A stretch of DNA of 63,032 bases, counting the filler, from Nemertoderma westbladi (taxonomy: Eukaryota > Animalia > Xenacoelomorpha): the NCBI GenBank assembly GCA_032718475.1. It is 4 parts of 4 records of this genome, joined end to end, with 100 filler letters (N's around TTAATTAATTAA, not from the genome) between each part and the next. Parts side by side here need not be neighbours in the genome. Positions count along the whole stretch, not along the records: positions 1 to 20,794 come from JAUCBJ010002976.1; 3 more parts are not named here. The stretch is one strand, 5' to 3'. The notes under the pieces are model-generated. The model was not told the origin of the DNA and ran no database searches. It saw nothing but the letters and a program-made list of their open reading frames with translations. This document shows, piece by piece, positions 1 to 12,900 of the stretch (its first letter is position 1; each line of letters starts with the position of its first letter). Position numbers and translations under genes: made by a program.

Positions 1-7
1 CTCGCAG

Positions 8-128
8 ATCAATTGCGACTTTTAGGCGTTCGAGTAGTAATCGCCTAGCAACCAGGTCTTTACAAGGAATCAGCGTAGAGGAGTTCAATGAATTAGACAC
101 CAATGGTGATGGCGAAATAAGCTTTGTT
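8..128 (+). CDS. Internal exon of a calmodulin-like EF-hand protein gene (5' exons lie outside the window)
   Basis: CAG acceptor at 5-7 and GTAAGT donor at 129-134. The open frame reads SIATFRRSSSNRLATRSLQGISVEEFNELDTNGDGEISFV, i.e. EF-hand loop positions 1-11, completed by the first Glu of the exon at 4180. Confidence 0.8.
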
Positions 129-334
129 GTAAGTTATATTAATAAGTTACTGTAGACAAATATAAAGTTCCTTTTCATTCCGACGGTAATATTTTACAAT
201 AAATAAGATAAAAATAAGTTAATATAATAATAAGTTATAATATTTGTGAGAAGATTCCTTCGGATCTATGTAGTTCGGAATCCCTCAATGATTCTTGTGC
301 ATGTCATTAGCTGATAATATCTACCTCTCTGTCT

Positions 335-400
335 AATAATAATAATAAAAACATTTTTCTAGCGCCAACATTACTGCATAGTATTCGGTGGCACTAAGCA
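335..400 (-). mobile_element. 3' tail remnant of an L2-type LINE/SINE
   Basis: Minus strand reads ...GTTGGCGCTAGAAAAATGTTTTATTATTATTATTA, resembling the GCGCT...(ATT)n tail also seen at 62637-62675. Confidence 0.4.
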
Positions 401-717
401 ATCTCTGCAGTAGTGCACAGTAGAGAAATTACTGTAGCTAAAAAAACAACATGTAACATAACCAACCAATTGTTACAGTACGTACTTAAAAGGTACAGTA
501 GTACATTAAAAAAAAGTTCGGTTAAGATATATTATACTGTATATAAAACCTATTTTTACGCACTTAATCGCACTTTACGCACATAATCAATCTCACTCTG
601 GCCTCAACCATGAGGGGTGCTGCTCTCGGTAAATCCATCCCAGGGTTTGGTATCGATCGCAGAGGAGTGTCAATGGAAAGGATCGATTTGTTGTTACATT
701 TTATATTTGACTCAATA

Positions 718-1830
718 TAACACGTTCGTAGGGTCCTTCGCGCAGGACGACCCTCAGTTATTAGATACAGAATAAAATCGAGCAATTCTATCCCAAAATC
801 GGTACTTAAGAAGTTTAAATAAATAAATAAGAAATTTAACCAAACCGCCAATAAGAATTAATCAAAGAGGAGAGGAAAGTTCCTCCCTCACTTCAACCGC
901 CCTCTTAATCTGCACCACCCCAACCCAAAGTGCACAGAGGATTAATGAAAGGCCGAGGTATTAACAGGAAATTGTGTTTTAAAAGTAATATATTTTTAGG
1001 TGTGGAAGCAACCCAATTTGTAAAAATTATTAAAATTAATTTAATTAATATTAAAATATCCTTATGCCGATAGTATTGATACTGAAATATTAATTTATAA
1101 GGTGAACACCTCAAAGAAATTATTTAGCTAATGATTCTAAAGAATATGATTAAATACTCTAGGCAATTATTTTGCGAGATAAATAATAAGCAAGCTGACT
1201 TATTAGTCACTTTACACTAATAGTAGTGCCTGCCGTGCCTATGTCCTATTGATGTAATTACCCGTTGCCGAGTAGTGATTAATTGATTGTAGGGCTAATT
1301 GGTTCCAACTAATAGGCAATAGGAATGAGGGAGGTATAGAGTGGCGATGGGATTTGATGGCCTAATTACGTTTAGATCAATTAAAAACACATTTCTTAAA
1401 GCAAATCACTTGAAGCTTGAACTAATTAAAAACTATAATGGAATGGGTTATGGGGATTACACCTATGTATAACTTTTAAGTATAATTATTGATATCTTAT
1501 ACTATAAAATAATTAATTTCCATTAAAAGACAGGCTTGAAAAGGCTGTTTTTACCCTAATCTACTTAATTAACTAATTAACTGCTATTAACTTCTCGAAG
1601 GCCACACGGAAATTAAACTTAGAATAATTCTAAACTTTTGCCAGACTACATGTGTACCAAGTTTGGATAGATTTCATCGATATTTGGCTGAGATATTAAC
1701 GTTTAAAATTGAACACAACAGAACGACAGAACAACAGAACAACAGATCGACAGGCAGAGCAACAGACACACCGATTGAGTTAGTGGTACCTGTATGTTAA
1801 GCTCGCTAACTTTCGTCGCTCGCCCCACAA
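718..1830 (+). mobile_element. Non-autonomous Helentron/DINE-like element (copy 1) in the EF-hand intron
   Basis: The 5' end (TAACACGTTCGTAGGGTCCTTCGCGCAGGACG), the internal CTACATGTGTACCAAGTTTGG block and the 3' end (...TTCGTCGCTCGCCCCACA) are homologous to the inverted copy at 15244-15693. An ACAGA microsatellite-like stretch lies near the 3' end and no TSD is seen. Family assignment is inferred from this architecture. Confidence 0.5.
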
Positions 1831-2337
1831 ACTATCTCAATTACGTTGAGGATAGCGTAAATACTTTACCAATAAGTTAAAATACACCGAGAGTAGAGGA
1901 AAGCAATGTCACTTAGAAGAAGAGGTAAGGTAAGGTGATATTTGAAGTAGCTAATCCACAATACACACGAATGAAACTAAACTACACCAATCAACCAAAC
2001 CACCTGTAATATAAGCAATATTGATAACATTTGATTATGTTACTGTTCCCTTTCTCATCCTATTCCTAGAGCTGTAAGGGGCATTCCCGTTGGGCTTCAA
2101 TACTAATACCAATACATAATCGTGTTCCTATGTTATACACCATGCATTGTTTGCTCACTTACTATTTCATAGTTAAAAAAGCACCCTTTTCATACTAATT
2201 ATCCGATCATGCCATAATTCATTCCACTCTACAGAAAAAATATTCTATCCGAGATTATTGCTCATCTATTGTCATTATATAATCTCCTCAATCTACTATA
2301 AGCATTATACAATAAGCTCCTCAATAATGACAGGGTA

Positions 2338-3984
2338 TTGACTGATAACGTTATAGAAGTAAAAGTGTCTGAGTCTGTACTCCCAGATATTCCCATTGGG
2401 GATATCTCCTTTGGAGAAGTGAACGCTGCTGCAAAGAGCATTAAGACCAATCGTACCAGTGGAGTAGATGGTGTTCCCCCTGAGGTCTTTAAAACACCTG
2501 AGTGTTTAAAGCTCATGTATCCCATCATAGTAGACATGTACCGAACAAAAAGAGTCCCACAAGAAATGAAAACAAATAAGTTGGTGCCAGTTCCCAAGAA
2601 GGGCAACCTAGCACTCTATGGTTCTTTTCAGGGAATTTCATTGATCTCGATTGCTGCAAAGCTATACAATTGAATTCTATTAAATCGCATCAGGGATCCC
2701 ATTGAGAGACTGCTCCGTGGAAATCAGAATGGGTTCCGTAAAGGTCGTGGGACCATGGAGCCCATTTTGGCACTTAGAAGGATAATTGAAGAGTTATCAA
2801 AAAAGAAAGACAGGCATCTGGCTGTTATCTTTGTTGACTTCTTCAAGGCCTTTGATTCAGTCTCTCGCTCACATATGTTTAGCATACTTTCATTATGAGG
2901 GATTCCTGATGAAATTATTGCAGCAATCAATACGATGGTTCGACAACATTTGTGTCTACTGTTGACGGTGACACAGAACCATTTGAAGTGTTATGGGGCG
3001 TCCTCGAGGGAGACACACTTGCACCATTCTTGTTCATAATTGTGTTTGACTATGTTCTACGCATGCCTTAGATCATCATAATGATGATGGGGTGATGATA
3101 ACTCCACCTACTGGCTCCAGAAGTCGAGGAAATCCTGCCAAGTACCTAACTCATCTAGACTTTGCTGATGACTTAGGAGTACTCTCAGAATCACTAGAGG
3201 GAGCCCAACGGCTCCTCAGCTCCTCATTAGAACAGGTTGCTTCTAGTGTTTGTCATTTTATTAACTCCAGAAAGACCAACATTTTGACAGTTAACTCTGA
3301 AAGTCCTCAGCAAGTCTCTGACCGGATGAGCATAAGCTCAAAGGATGGTATGCTTGAGCATGTGGATGACGTCTGTTACCAGGGATCATGGATCCGGAAG
3401 TCAGGTGAGGACCTTCGAATACGTAAGGGAAAGGCATGGACAGCATTGAATAGGCTTTCCAGGATTTGGAAGTCACCGAGAATTAATCGGAAACTTAAGG
3501 TTCGATTATTTAGAGCAGCAGTAGTTCCAGTACTCCTCTATGTGAGTCCATGCTGGGCTCTAACTGCTGAGGACACCAAATCTCTGGATGGATGGATGGA
3601 TGCTACGCCGGGTTCATTGTGTCAAGTACAATGCACACATCTCCAACCAGACACTATATATATAACATTGGATGTGTCTCATTGGTTCGCCCAAGCTTGA
3701 CACTAGAACAAAATCGCCTCCGCTTTGCAGGACATTGCTTTCGCCGTGAGGACCAGCCAGAGCATAATCTTGTACTTTGGCAGCCTCATGGAGTGAACAA
3801 GCATGGTTGACAGCCCATGACTTTCTTGAGACGCTTCTTAAAGGACGCTGGCCTTGAAGATGCGGATGATCTAGCAAATGTCATGGGTGATAGGGAGTTG
3901 TGGCGGTGCAATTTTGTCGACAAGCCGGCACAGCATTCTTAAAAATGCAGCTGCAATGCAGCATGCCGATCCTAGTAGTAGTAG
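2338..3984 (+). mobile_element. 5'-truncated, frameshifted RTE-clade LINE (RT domain) in the EF-hand intron
   Basis: ORF pieces SGVDGVPPE, LVPVPKKG, QNGFRKGR, FVDFFKAFDSV, GDTLAPFLF, LDFADD and LKVRLFRAAV, with stops and frameshifts. Ends in a (TAG)n tail at 3973-3984. The same 3' end recurs at 20895-20953 and 53351-53783. Confidence 0.85.
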
Positions 3985-4179
3985 GTCAATAAGCTAGGTT
4001 GAAGGATAAGAAGGTTAGTTATATTTTTCTCTAGGATTCCTACATTTTAACTATCACTCACCATACATAGACCGGGAGGCAATATTACTATTTATACTTC
4101 ATGTATTTCAATTAGACAACAACAAATAACACGAATGTTTTAGGTTTTATGATGTTTATGAGGTTTAATGATGTTTTAG

Positions 4180-4539
4180 GAATTATGGCCCACGGTATCT
4201 GATTCTGCACCTCCAGAAATGGCTACGATGCTGGAAATGGAATTGATCATACTGGATGCCGACAACAGTGGGGGAGTCACTATGGGTGAAATAAATGGAG
4301 ACAACATCGGTTCAGAGGACCTTTCAGATGAACAAATAAGCAATATGTTTGACGTTTTGGATGCATCACAAGACGGTGAGTTGGACATCAAGGAAATCGC
4401 AGAAGGCTTTGGATTGACAATGTATATGAAAGAAGAAGACGCAGAAGAAACAGCTGAAACAATGATTGATGAAGCTGATGACAATGGTGATGGAGTTATT
4501 GTTGTAGAAGAATTTCTCTCAATGATGGAAATGATGTAA
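4180..4539 (+). CDS. Terminal exon of an acidic calmodulin-like EF-hand calcium-binding protein
   Basis: TTTTAG acceptor ending 4179, in frame with exon 8-128. EF-hand loops DADNSGGVTMGE, DASQDGELDIKE and DDNGDGVIVVEE, TAA stop, and AATAAA at 4639-4644. Confidence 0.88.
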   Translation, partial: ELWPTVSDSAPPEMATMLEMELIILDADNSGGVTMGEINGDNIGSEDLSDEQISNMFDVLDASQDGELDIKEIAEGFGLTMYMKEEDAEETAETMIDEADDNGDGVIVVEEFLSMMEMM

Positions 4540-5321
4540 ACAATGCTTAAATATAAGTTATATTTAATTTCGTATTGTTATATTTGCTTTATTGATATTA
4601 CTACTTATTACCATGTGCATGCATGCAGGTGTATTAGCAATAAATTCCAGTTACGAAATTGAAAATTCAGCACATCCTGTTCACCATAATGTAGAGTGGG
4701 CATATATTAATTATTTGACAAATCCTAGTTTGATTATATATATGCTTGCTTATTGCTTATAATATTTATTTATATTTATTTGACAACATTATTTGATAGC
4801 ATACCGTTAATTTATCCAAATCGATAACTAATCAAAAGCTCAACATCTATCAACTATCCCTAGGCCAAATAGTAAGTAAACACAATGTGGCTAATTGTCG
4901 TGATCAGAAATATAGAGAAATATAAATAATATAAAAACCCTATGTTCGCGCTTTTAAACTATTAACACAACTTTATATACTATTATTAACACATACTACT
5001 CGTAAATGTTTGTTCGCTCTTTTAGAAGACTTCGATAGTTTTCATCATACAAATTTTATTATCACAGAAATCTTGCTTAAGTTTGTCAAACGAGATAACA
5101 CCGGATATAAATCAGTTAGCGCGGCGTATGGCCCGTTAGGGAGCCTGAAATATATCGGCTTACTAGAATTGGGCTGGTTTTGTATCATTCGATTGATTCT
5201 CGCGGTATAATTGCTAACAATTATGTTCACTTACGGGGTAAGTATTAACAGTTCCGTACGGTGGTGATTATCGGCCAATTTTAACTTTTATTCAGGTTGC
5301 ATCGCTTTACCTTTTATTTGT

Positions 5322-6033
5322 GGACAATATTTCCTTGGTGCCATTAATGAACTCAATGGATTGCCTTATCTCATACGGTCGGATCGTGGAACTGAGAACG
5401 TCAATGTCGAGGTGATAATGCGATATCTCAGAGCATTTCAAACTGATTCCCGGGCTTTATCATATACAGTATATTTATATGGAAAAAGCTCACGAAATCA
5501 GCGAGTGGAATCTTGGTGGAGTAAGTTCCCTCAGCTTGGTATGCAAGAGTGGATGCACCATTTTTCTCAACTAGATATTCATGGAATTATCGATACGTCG
5601 AATAGATTACACATTGAGGTAGTACGATACCTATATATGGATTTTCTTCAACGAAAATTAGACCTCATCAAGGAGCTATGGAATAGCCACTATTTGCGCA
5701 AATCCGGGTTCTATGTGAAAGCAGGGAAACAAACATTTTGTATCTAGACGAGCCCGACTTTTTGAGATCGAGGATTTGAAAAACATGGAAGTTTTCGGTG
5801 CAGAGAAACCAGCTTGTGGTGACACAGTAAAACAAGTTTGTGATTATTATTTCGTTGGAGTATCTGATGTGTTGAGGTGCCCTGCACGATGTACTTCATT
5901 GGATCACTGCGCTGACAGTTTAGTTTATTTGTTGGATAAGCTCGTACGCACTTTCAACAATTACAGCAATAATTATTTTTATTACTTACATTCACACCAC
6001 AAAAGGGTAACATTCTTTATGAACGCCCCCTAA
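5322..6033 (+). pseudogene. IS3EU-like DDE/integrase-core transposase, C-terminal remnant
   Basis: GLPYLIRSDRGTEN and YGKSSRNQRVESWW motifs plus LWNSHYLR. The frame starts directly at the left TIR (N-terminus deleted) and frameshifts near 5730. Confidence 0.8.
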
Positions 6034-6710
6034 TATTACTGGGAGACGTAATTAAAATGGATATATTTGTACAAACATATCGATATTTTGTTTACACGAT
6101 AACTGTAATATTTTACAGTGTTGGATTATGATCTAAGTCTTTTTATCGTGTTAGAATATGATAACTGTCGGTTCTGTCTGTTTTCAAATAAATCATCATA
6201 AGCATATAAACCATTGCCAATACCTTTTCATTGAACCGTGACAGGACATCCCCCCCCCCCCCCCACAAATATTTTAACACTTTACATTGGTTTAAGACTT
6301 TATTTTATTCAGTATGTATATTGAGCACAGTAAGAGTGACGATGATGATGAGGGAGTTTTTACTCAGTTGGATAAGCATATGAGCAATGGGCACCGTTAT
6401 TTCAATCGTTTTGTCTGTCGGTCTCCATAATAATAATATGAATATTACTAATACATAGGTCAATAAAAAGATGCCGTGATTATATAGAATAATCGTATTA
6501 AATTATAATGGGAACGAAACTATATCACTATATAGTATTAACTATTAACAACACTATTAACTATTCAATTAAAAACTCATATCACAAAACAGGTATGATA
6601 TTACAGGTAACAAAAACAAACAGGCATGATACAGTATTACATTAACATTATTAAGCACAGTCTATGAAAGCACAGTCTAGTTTACATCCGGCAATTAAAA
6701 GTGGATTAGA

Positions 6711-9095
6711 TCATTCTTTTCTGAAACCATAAGAGTTTAAAATGTCTTCGGTAACAAGTTTGTAAAATTTGTTGGAATTAGCCATCAGATATCGATCGTT
6801 TATAGGGAATAGTATTGTATTTGAACATGTGTTGGCCTCCAATCGCCTTGCAGTTCCCTCATCTCGATAGAATTTAATTTCACCCTGAAAAGTCGGGTAT
6901 CTCATACCACTACCGAATTGTAAAATATCGGCTAGACTCAGAACTCCTCCAGATCGATTTTGATCAATATCGGAACAAGTGTAAACACTATTACTAGACG
7001 TTTCGTTTTTCTCAACCTTTGAAAGTAGCCTCTGAAACTTAAACAAAAGTTGGCACTGTTTTTCTCTCTCTTGAGAACCCTCTGGAGCATCGATAACAGG
7101 ATTAAAGCAGGACTTAACATCCTCTGCCGTAACTGATCGATTGATTAGCATCTTTAGTCCTTCATCAGGATATTTCCTTAGCAATTCTAAAACGCCAAAC
7201 AACTTCAAACCTGATCGAAAATGGTCTATTTCCTCAGATACCGAACTTACCACAATATGCCTGGCCAATAATGCTACAACTTTAGCCTTTTCTTCAAACG
7301 TGATATTTGCAGATAAAATACCCATGTCAAAGCGTTCTATAAAAGAAGCCACTGATGCCTGAAATTCTTCTTCAGAATTAGCATTATTAATTTCATGTAC
7401 TTTACATAGCATTTCCTCATCTTTAGGAATTTCCGAAATTGTGGCAACAAATGGCAATCCCAAAATAGCACAAGCCACTGAGTTGGAGAAACAATGAGGT
7501 CCAGGGCGCCGGTTTATCAATGCTAAGGATGTCATACTTCCAAAATACCGAAACCTATCGATGTTAACTAAGTTATGGCGAAAGGTAAAACATGGAAAAG
7601 ACCCTCGAATTAGTTCACTGGGTTGATTAAGGAAGAATAAGGTAAACATTTCGTTTGTTGGCCCCCCTATAGCTGGTTCACCTAGGAATTTAACAAATAC
7701 AGTAGGACTAATGATTTCATCATCTTCAAGTGTCTCATAAACACTTTCTGTGATACTACTGCGAGGAATCTCAAAACGAGTCAGGCTTTGATTAGGGGTG
7801 GTCGTGGTATATATTTTCTTAAGATTATCGAGGTCTGTTAAGAATGTCGTTTTCGTAGGAGTAAAATCTAAGTTAGTTTCATTATTTTCTTCTTGATCAC
7901 GACCCGAAATATTAACAGAACCATCACTACTAACAAAGAAAGTACAAAGAACATCTTGCTGTGATACAGGAGTGGCTGTATCATTCTGTACCGTAATATT
8001 ATCATTACGCACTGTAATATTGTCACTACCAATAAGATTGTTTACCAATAGACTTTCACTAGGTTCAGCTTGATCATTGGTACAATTGCAATCAAATAAA
8101 GCAGCATTTAGGGCTGCAAGTTCTTCTCTATTAACAGGTTGCCCTGCAACAGGTAGAAAAGGGTCATTATCAACAATATCCTCAGAATCCATACCAGTAC
8201 ACTCCATACTGTTATATCGCTCAAACACGTTCAACTTCTCGTTGAAACTCTTCATATGGTCGATTTCTTGGGATTCTTCAAAAAATTTCAATAAAGCACA
8301 GTATTCGCAATCCTGCTCCTCAGCTAATCGTGACTTTCCACAGTTCTGGCAGATCAACCGTACACTCACTTCTTTTGCCACCACTGCCGGGCAAACTGGT
8401 TTAACAGAAGCCAATAAGACTAGTTTAATTTTCCACGAGGCAACATATTGTTTAGAGCAATAATCTCATAGGGATCTAAACTCGGACAAATCCTCATCAA
8501 AACTGTTTCTTAAAGAAAAATTGTAGCTGTTCCTAAGGTAAGGTAGGCCCACGCGACGTAATTCCCGATTTTCTGCCTCATTTACAGTCCCAGAAAAAAT
8601 CACTTTAACCACATCGTCTGTGATGTTCTTAATAGTATCTTTCATCGATGTCAGTATACACAGCCCTGGACAATCGCCTAGAGGCTTTCGGATGACTATC
8701 GGATCTGATTCCTGTATTAGCACCTTGAGGGTAAAGTTGATATAATTAAAATCACGGAGTTTGTTGTTCTTTGTTAAGCCAGATCTCCGAAGGGAATGAT
8801 TGAGACGAGATTGTGGTCTATTTAAGGAAGTTGACGCCGTTAATGCTCCAATTCGACTACCGGTAGGCCTAACAGGTGAAGTAAGGCTGGGGCTGGTAGT
8901 ACCGGTACCGGTACCAGTTATAGGCCTTTCTATAGCTACCCGTATTGATCTGCTTACACCAGACTCGGAACCAGACCCATGATCACCCCTGGAAGCCCTA
9001 GCAGTTATCGACGCTCCACCCAAATCGCCTATTTGAGAATTTATGTCATTTCGAAGAGCCTCTAAGAGCCTGCGCCGATAGCTATTTAAAGCCAT
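6711..9095 (-). pseudogene. G2E3-like HECT-domain E3 ubiquitin ligase gene, interrupted by one in-frame TGA
   Basis: ORFs 8466-9095 and 6711-8414 share a frame, and the 17 codons between them are open, leaving one TGA (8466-8468) in a ~794-codon frame. Motifs: CQNC..CEYC, VKFLGEPAIGGPTNEMF, FGSMTSLAL..GPHCFS, catalytic-type EANTCSN and terminal YGF. Confidence 0.75.
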
Positions 9096-9996
9096 TTCAG
9101 CATTTCATGCTTTTAAACATACAATGTCATGTCATAGTCATAGTCATAGCAGGGTCTACCTACCTGCCTACAGCTGCACAGGCTGACAGCAACAAATGCT
9201 TGATATAGATCGTAACGACTTTAGTAGGCCTACAACCTGACAACAGCCTACTGTGTGCACTAACTGTACATCAGTACTATGCAGCTATCTGTACCAGATG
9301 TGTGCCAGCTGACCAGGGTACTACATTTTCCGTCAGTACTAGAGTACTGTGGCAGTTAGGTAGGCTGGTAGGGTACAGTACAATGGCCAAATCTGCCATA
9401 CTGCAGTACTGACTGAATAGGTAGGAGTACTATCTACATCTACCTGTCAGGCTGTCTACTGATCTACAGCAAACCTATGCGACATCTCACTTATCTGTAT
9501 ATGGCCGTACAGCAGTACTGTATACAGGTATAGTAAAAAAAACAGTACCAGTAGGCCTTTAAGCCTCTGTGTATATTCCAATATTCCAGGATTATAGTAT
9601 TCATTTGTTCATGTATTGCAGTAAGTACAACATAGGCTACCGGTACTCTATGACGACATTGATAAACACTAGCAGACATTTCCTTTTTATGAGAAAAAGG
9701 GAAATGAAATCAATTAGTTTCCTTACCTTTCCTTAAAAAAAAGGTAAGCAAAAGCAGTTTTACTTTTCCTTTCCAATAAGAAAAAGGTAAAGCGAACTGC
9801 AGTTACAGTACTTTCATAGAATAAAAAGGTAAAGAGAAGGAGATACTTTCATCTCTTTTTATCATTGATCATTGACTTCTTTATTCCAACATATGGAGCT
9901 TAGTACAATTAATCAATTGAAGCACAAATTTTCGTAAAATAAATAATAATATAATATAAATATTAAAATACTGTTACTAAACTATAATAAAATAAG

Positions 9997-12900
9997 TCAC
10001 GGTTGATGGGGAAGTGGTTGGTCTACGCTCATCAGATACAGCACGCATCTTAATGTAGACAGGTTGGCTGGCATTCCGGTGCATTGCAGGTAGTGGGCGT
10101 TAGATGTGGCACTATTATTGCACAACCAGCAAACACATTGATCAGTGGGTCTCCAGCAGTTCGAAATTTTACAAATCCGATGGTGGCAGCCGTTCGCCAT
10201 TAACTGGGCTGCTGCGCGGCGATGAAAACCGGTTAGGTCCACGAGATTAATTTCCGCGTCATCGCAGTTATCTATTGCGTTAAGGATTGCAGTTGACGAT
10301 GAGTATTTACTGATGCCGCACCAAAGTTTGTAGTAAAATGCTCGCACTCGATAGATGTGTTCCAGCCGTGGAACGTTTTCATTAGACGTAAAAATAGTGC
10401 ATCCGTATGTTGTCGACGGGTAGATTACAGTTGCCCACAAACGTTTTGCCGTGGCTAACGATTTATGATGTAGATTTACCTTAGTTGCAATACAAATAGA
10501 GCAGGCCACGCCTTTTTTGTATAAGTGCTGGAAGTGAGCTGTGGGACCATTTTTTGTTGCTAGCACTACGCCTAAGTAGTTGAACGTATTTTGAAACTCC
10601 AATAAAGTGCCATTATAATATAATTTATCACCAGAAGCTAAACGGCCACCTTTGCGGAATTTGACTGCCTTAGTTCTCTTTATATTGACCTTCAGGTCAT
10701 TGACCCGACAATATTCTGATAATCTGTCCAGTGCGTCCTGGGTGACTGCGATCGAATCTCCGACTATGACGAGATCATCAGCGTACATTATGACGATGCA
10801 GCATGTGGCCATGAGGATAGATGGGAGGTCAGCAACGAACAAGCTGAATAAAAGGGGAGAGAGTTTGTCACCTTGCACTACTCCGACCGATTGAGTTATT
10901 GGGTCCAATACATATGTTCCAATGCAAATACATACATAGTTAACTGCGATTAGTGCCCATATAGCAGTGATAAATTTTCGACTGATGCCATGTATTACTA
11001 GACGCTGACAAAGAGTTTCTCTGTTGATGGAGTCGAACGCCTTAGTGAAGTCGACGAAAACACAATATGTATGGCCTCCGGCCGACTGAAGAGCTATATT
11101 TATTATACCATATAGGTTCTTGACAGCCATCACCGTTGAGAGTCCTCGACGGAAGCCGTATTGAGCAGCAGGAAGGATGCCACTGATCTCGGTAAACACG
11201 TACAGACGTTCAAACAGAATAGCGGTGTATAGTTTTAGTAGACACAAAAGGAGTGCTATGCCACAATAACTGTCAGGGGATGTCTTTTTGCCTTTTCCTT
11301 TATACAGTGGTATCAGATATGATGTCAACCAGGATATTGGGCAAACTCCCAGTGTGAGACAGAGGGACAACAGACTCAGAATGAATGGAAGAAGATGACC
11401 GAAACCGGATTTTAGCTTCTCGTTCGACACGCCATCTGGCCCCGTTGCTTTGTGGAGCTTGGCATTATTGACAGCGACCGTTATTTCCGATGGCTCTATT
11501 TGTTTATCTAGTATATCATTTGGTTGATCTGGAATTGGCAGTAGTTGGGGTGAGTGTTTGGTTGAAAGCAACTCTGAGAAATGTGTGAACCAAGATTGTT
11601 CTGACACTTGTTGAGCAACTGGTTTGACTTGGTCGCCGGTCTTCAGAATGTTCCAAAATTTCTGTTTGTCAGACTCGCACTCTTGAATTAACTTAAACTC
11701 TTTTTGGGCCTCGTACAATGTCTTTTTAGTATGCACCAACTTCTTATATGAACGAGCTAACTCCGAATATCTTTGCTTGTTTAGGGGTGTTGGCGCCCGT
11801 TTCATTAACTGAAAACTTGACATGAGTTCATGTTTAGCCAGATAGCATTCTTGATTGAACCAAGGTTTGGAATTTCTCGGCTTACTAGATAACGAAGAAT
11901 TTGTAATAGCATTAGTTATGTAAGAACAGACATCGTCTACTCCATTGGATATAGCAGATTGAAAATCTCCTGTCGTTAGAATGTGGCCTAATTTGTCTAC
12001 ATCCAGCCTCTTGATTGCTTTACAGCGCTCTTTCCTATAGTTGATGGGGCTTGTTGTTTCATATTTTATATAAACGCGCTGGTGTTTAGTGTTTGTAGTT
12101 GGGCGGATACTTACTGAGACCTTATCAGCCAATAGGTGGTCGACAAAAACGAGGTCGATTACGCTCTGACCATTCCAGGAGTAAAATGTAGGGATTGAGT
12201 GGTCGTTAATGCAGTTCAGTCCTGCGCCAAGTAGGCCACTGCATAGTGTGTCTCCACGATCATGAGGGCCATCTAAACGGCAGTTAAAATCACCTGTTAG
12301 CAGTATTGGAAGAGTGCACTTTGCCTGTGCAGTTACAATTATAGTGGTGAGCTCGAGTAATATATCAGAGACATCAGTTGATGGGGGATAATAGGCAGAT
12401 ATTATCACAAAGTTACTTGTTAGTAGTGCTAAAGCTGTTGAGCTTTTATGAATGGGCTCCTGACGCATTGCGGTTTTCATATTAATGGCAATAGTGATAC
12501 CACCGTAAGGGCGCCCTAAATCGCGTTTCTCACAAGACACATTGTGACATGAGAAGCCTGGGATGACCAAGTCTGTTGTAAACGTTTCATAAAGGAGAAG
12601 GATATCAGTGTCTATGAAGGTGTCATCCATTGTTGTGTCGATCGTAGAGCGCGCACCTTCCACATTCCATGCAACTAATGTGTAGTAACCAGAGCTATTG
12701 TTTGAAAATTTCATATTGGATTGGTCACAGAAAGGTAGTTCGCTAAACAGTAACAGATTAGAAGCGGACTGGAAACGTAAACAGACTTTGTGGTGCTTTT
12801 CCAGACTGGCCAAGTAGCGATACGGCTTCAAGCAACCAATGCACATTGTAGTACGCGCAGTTTGGTTAGAAGGGGGTCGTGTTGATGCAATTGTGGTTGC

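Noticed and set aside
560-1600. AT-rich stretch superficially like mitochondrial rRNA (NUMT)
   Set aside because: No conserved rRNA motifs were recognised, and most of it falls within the Helentron-like repeat that shares ends with 15244-15693.
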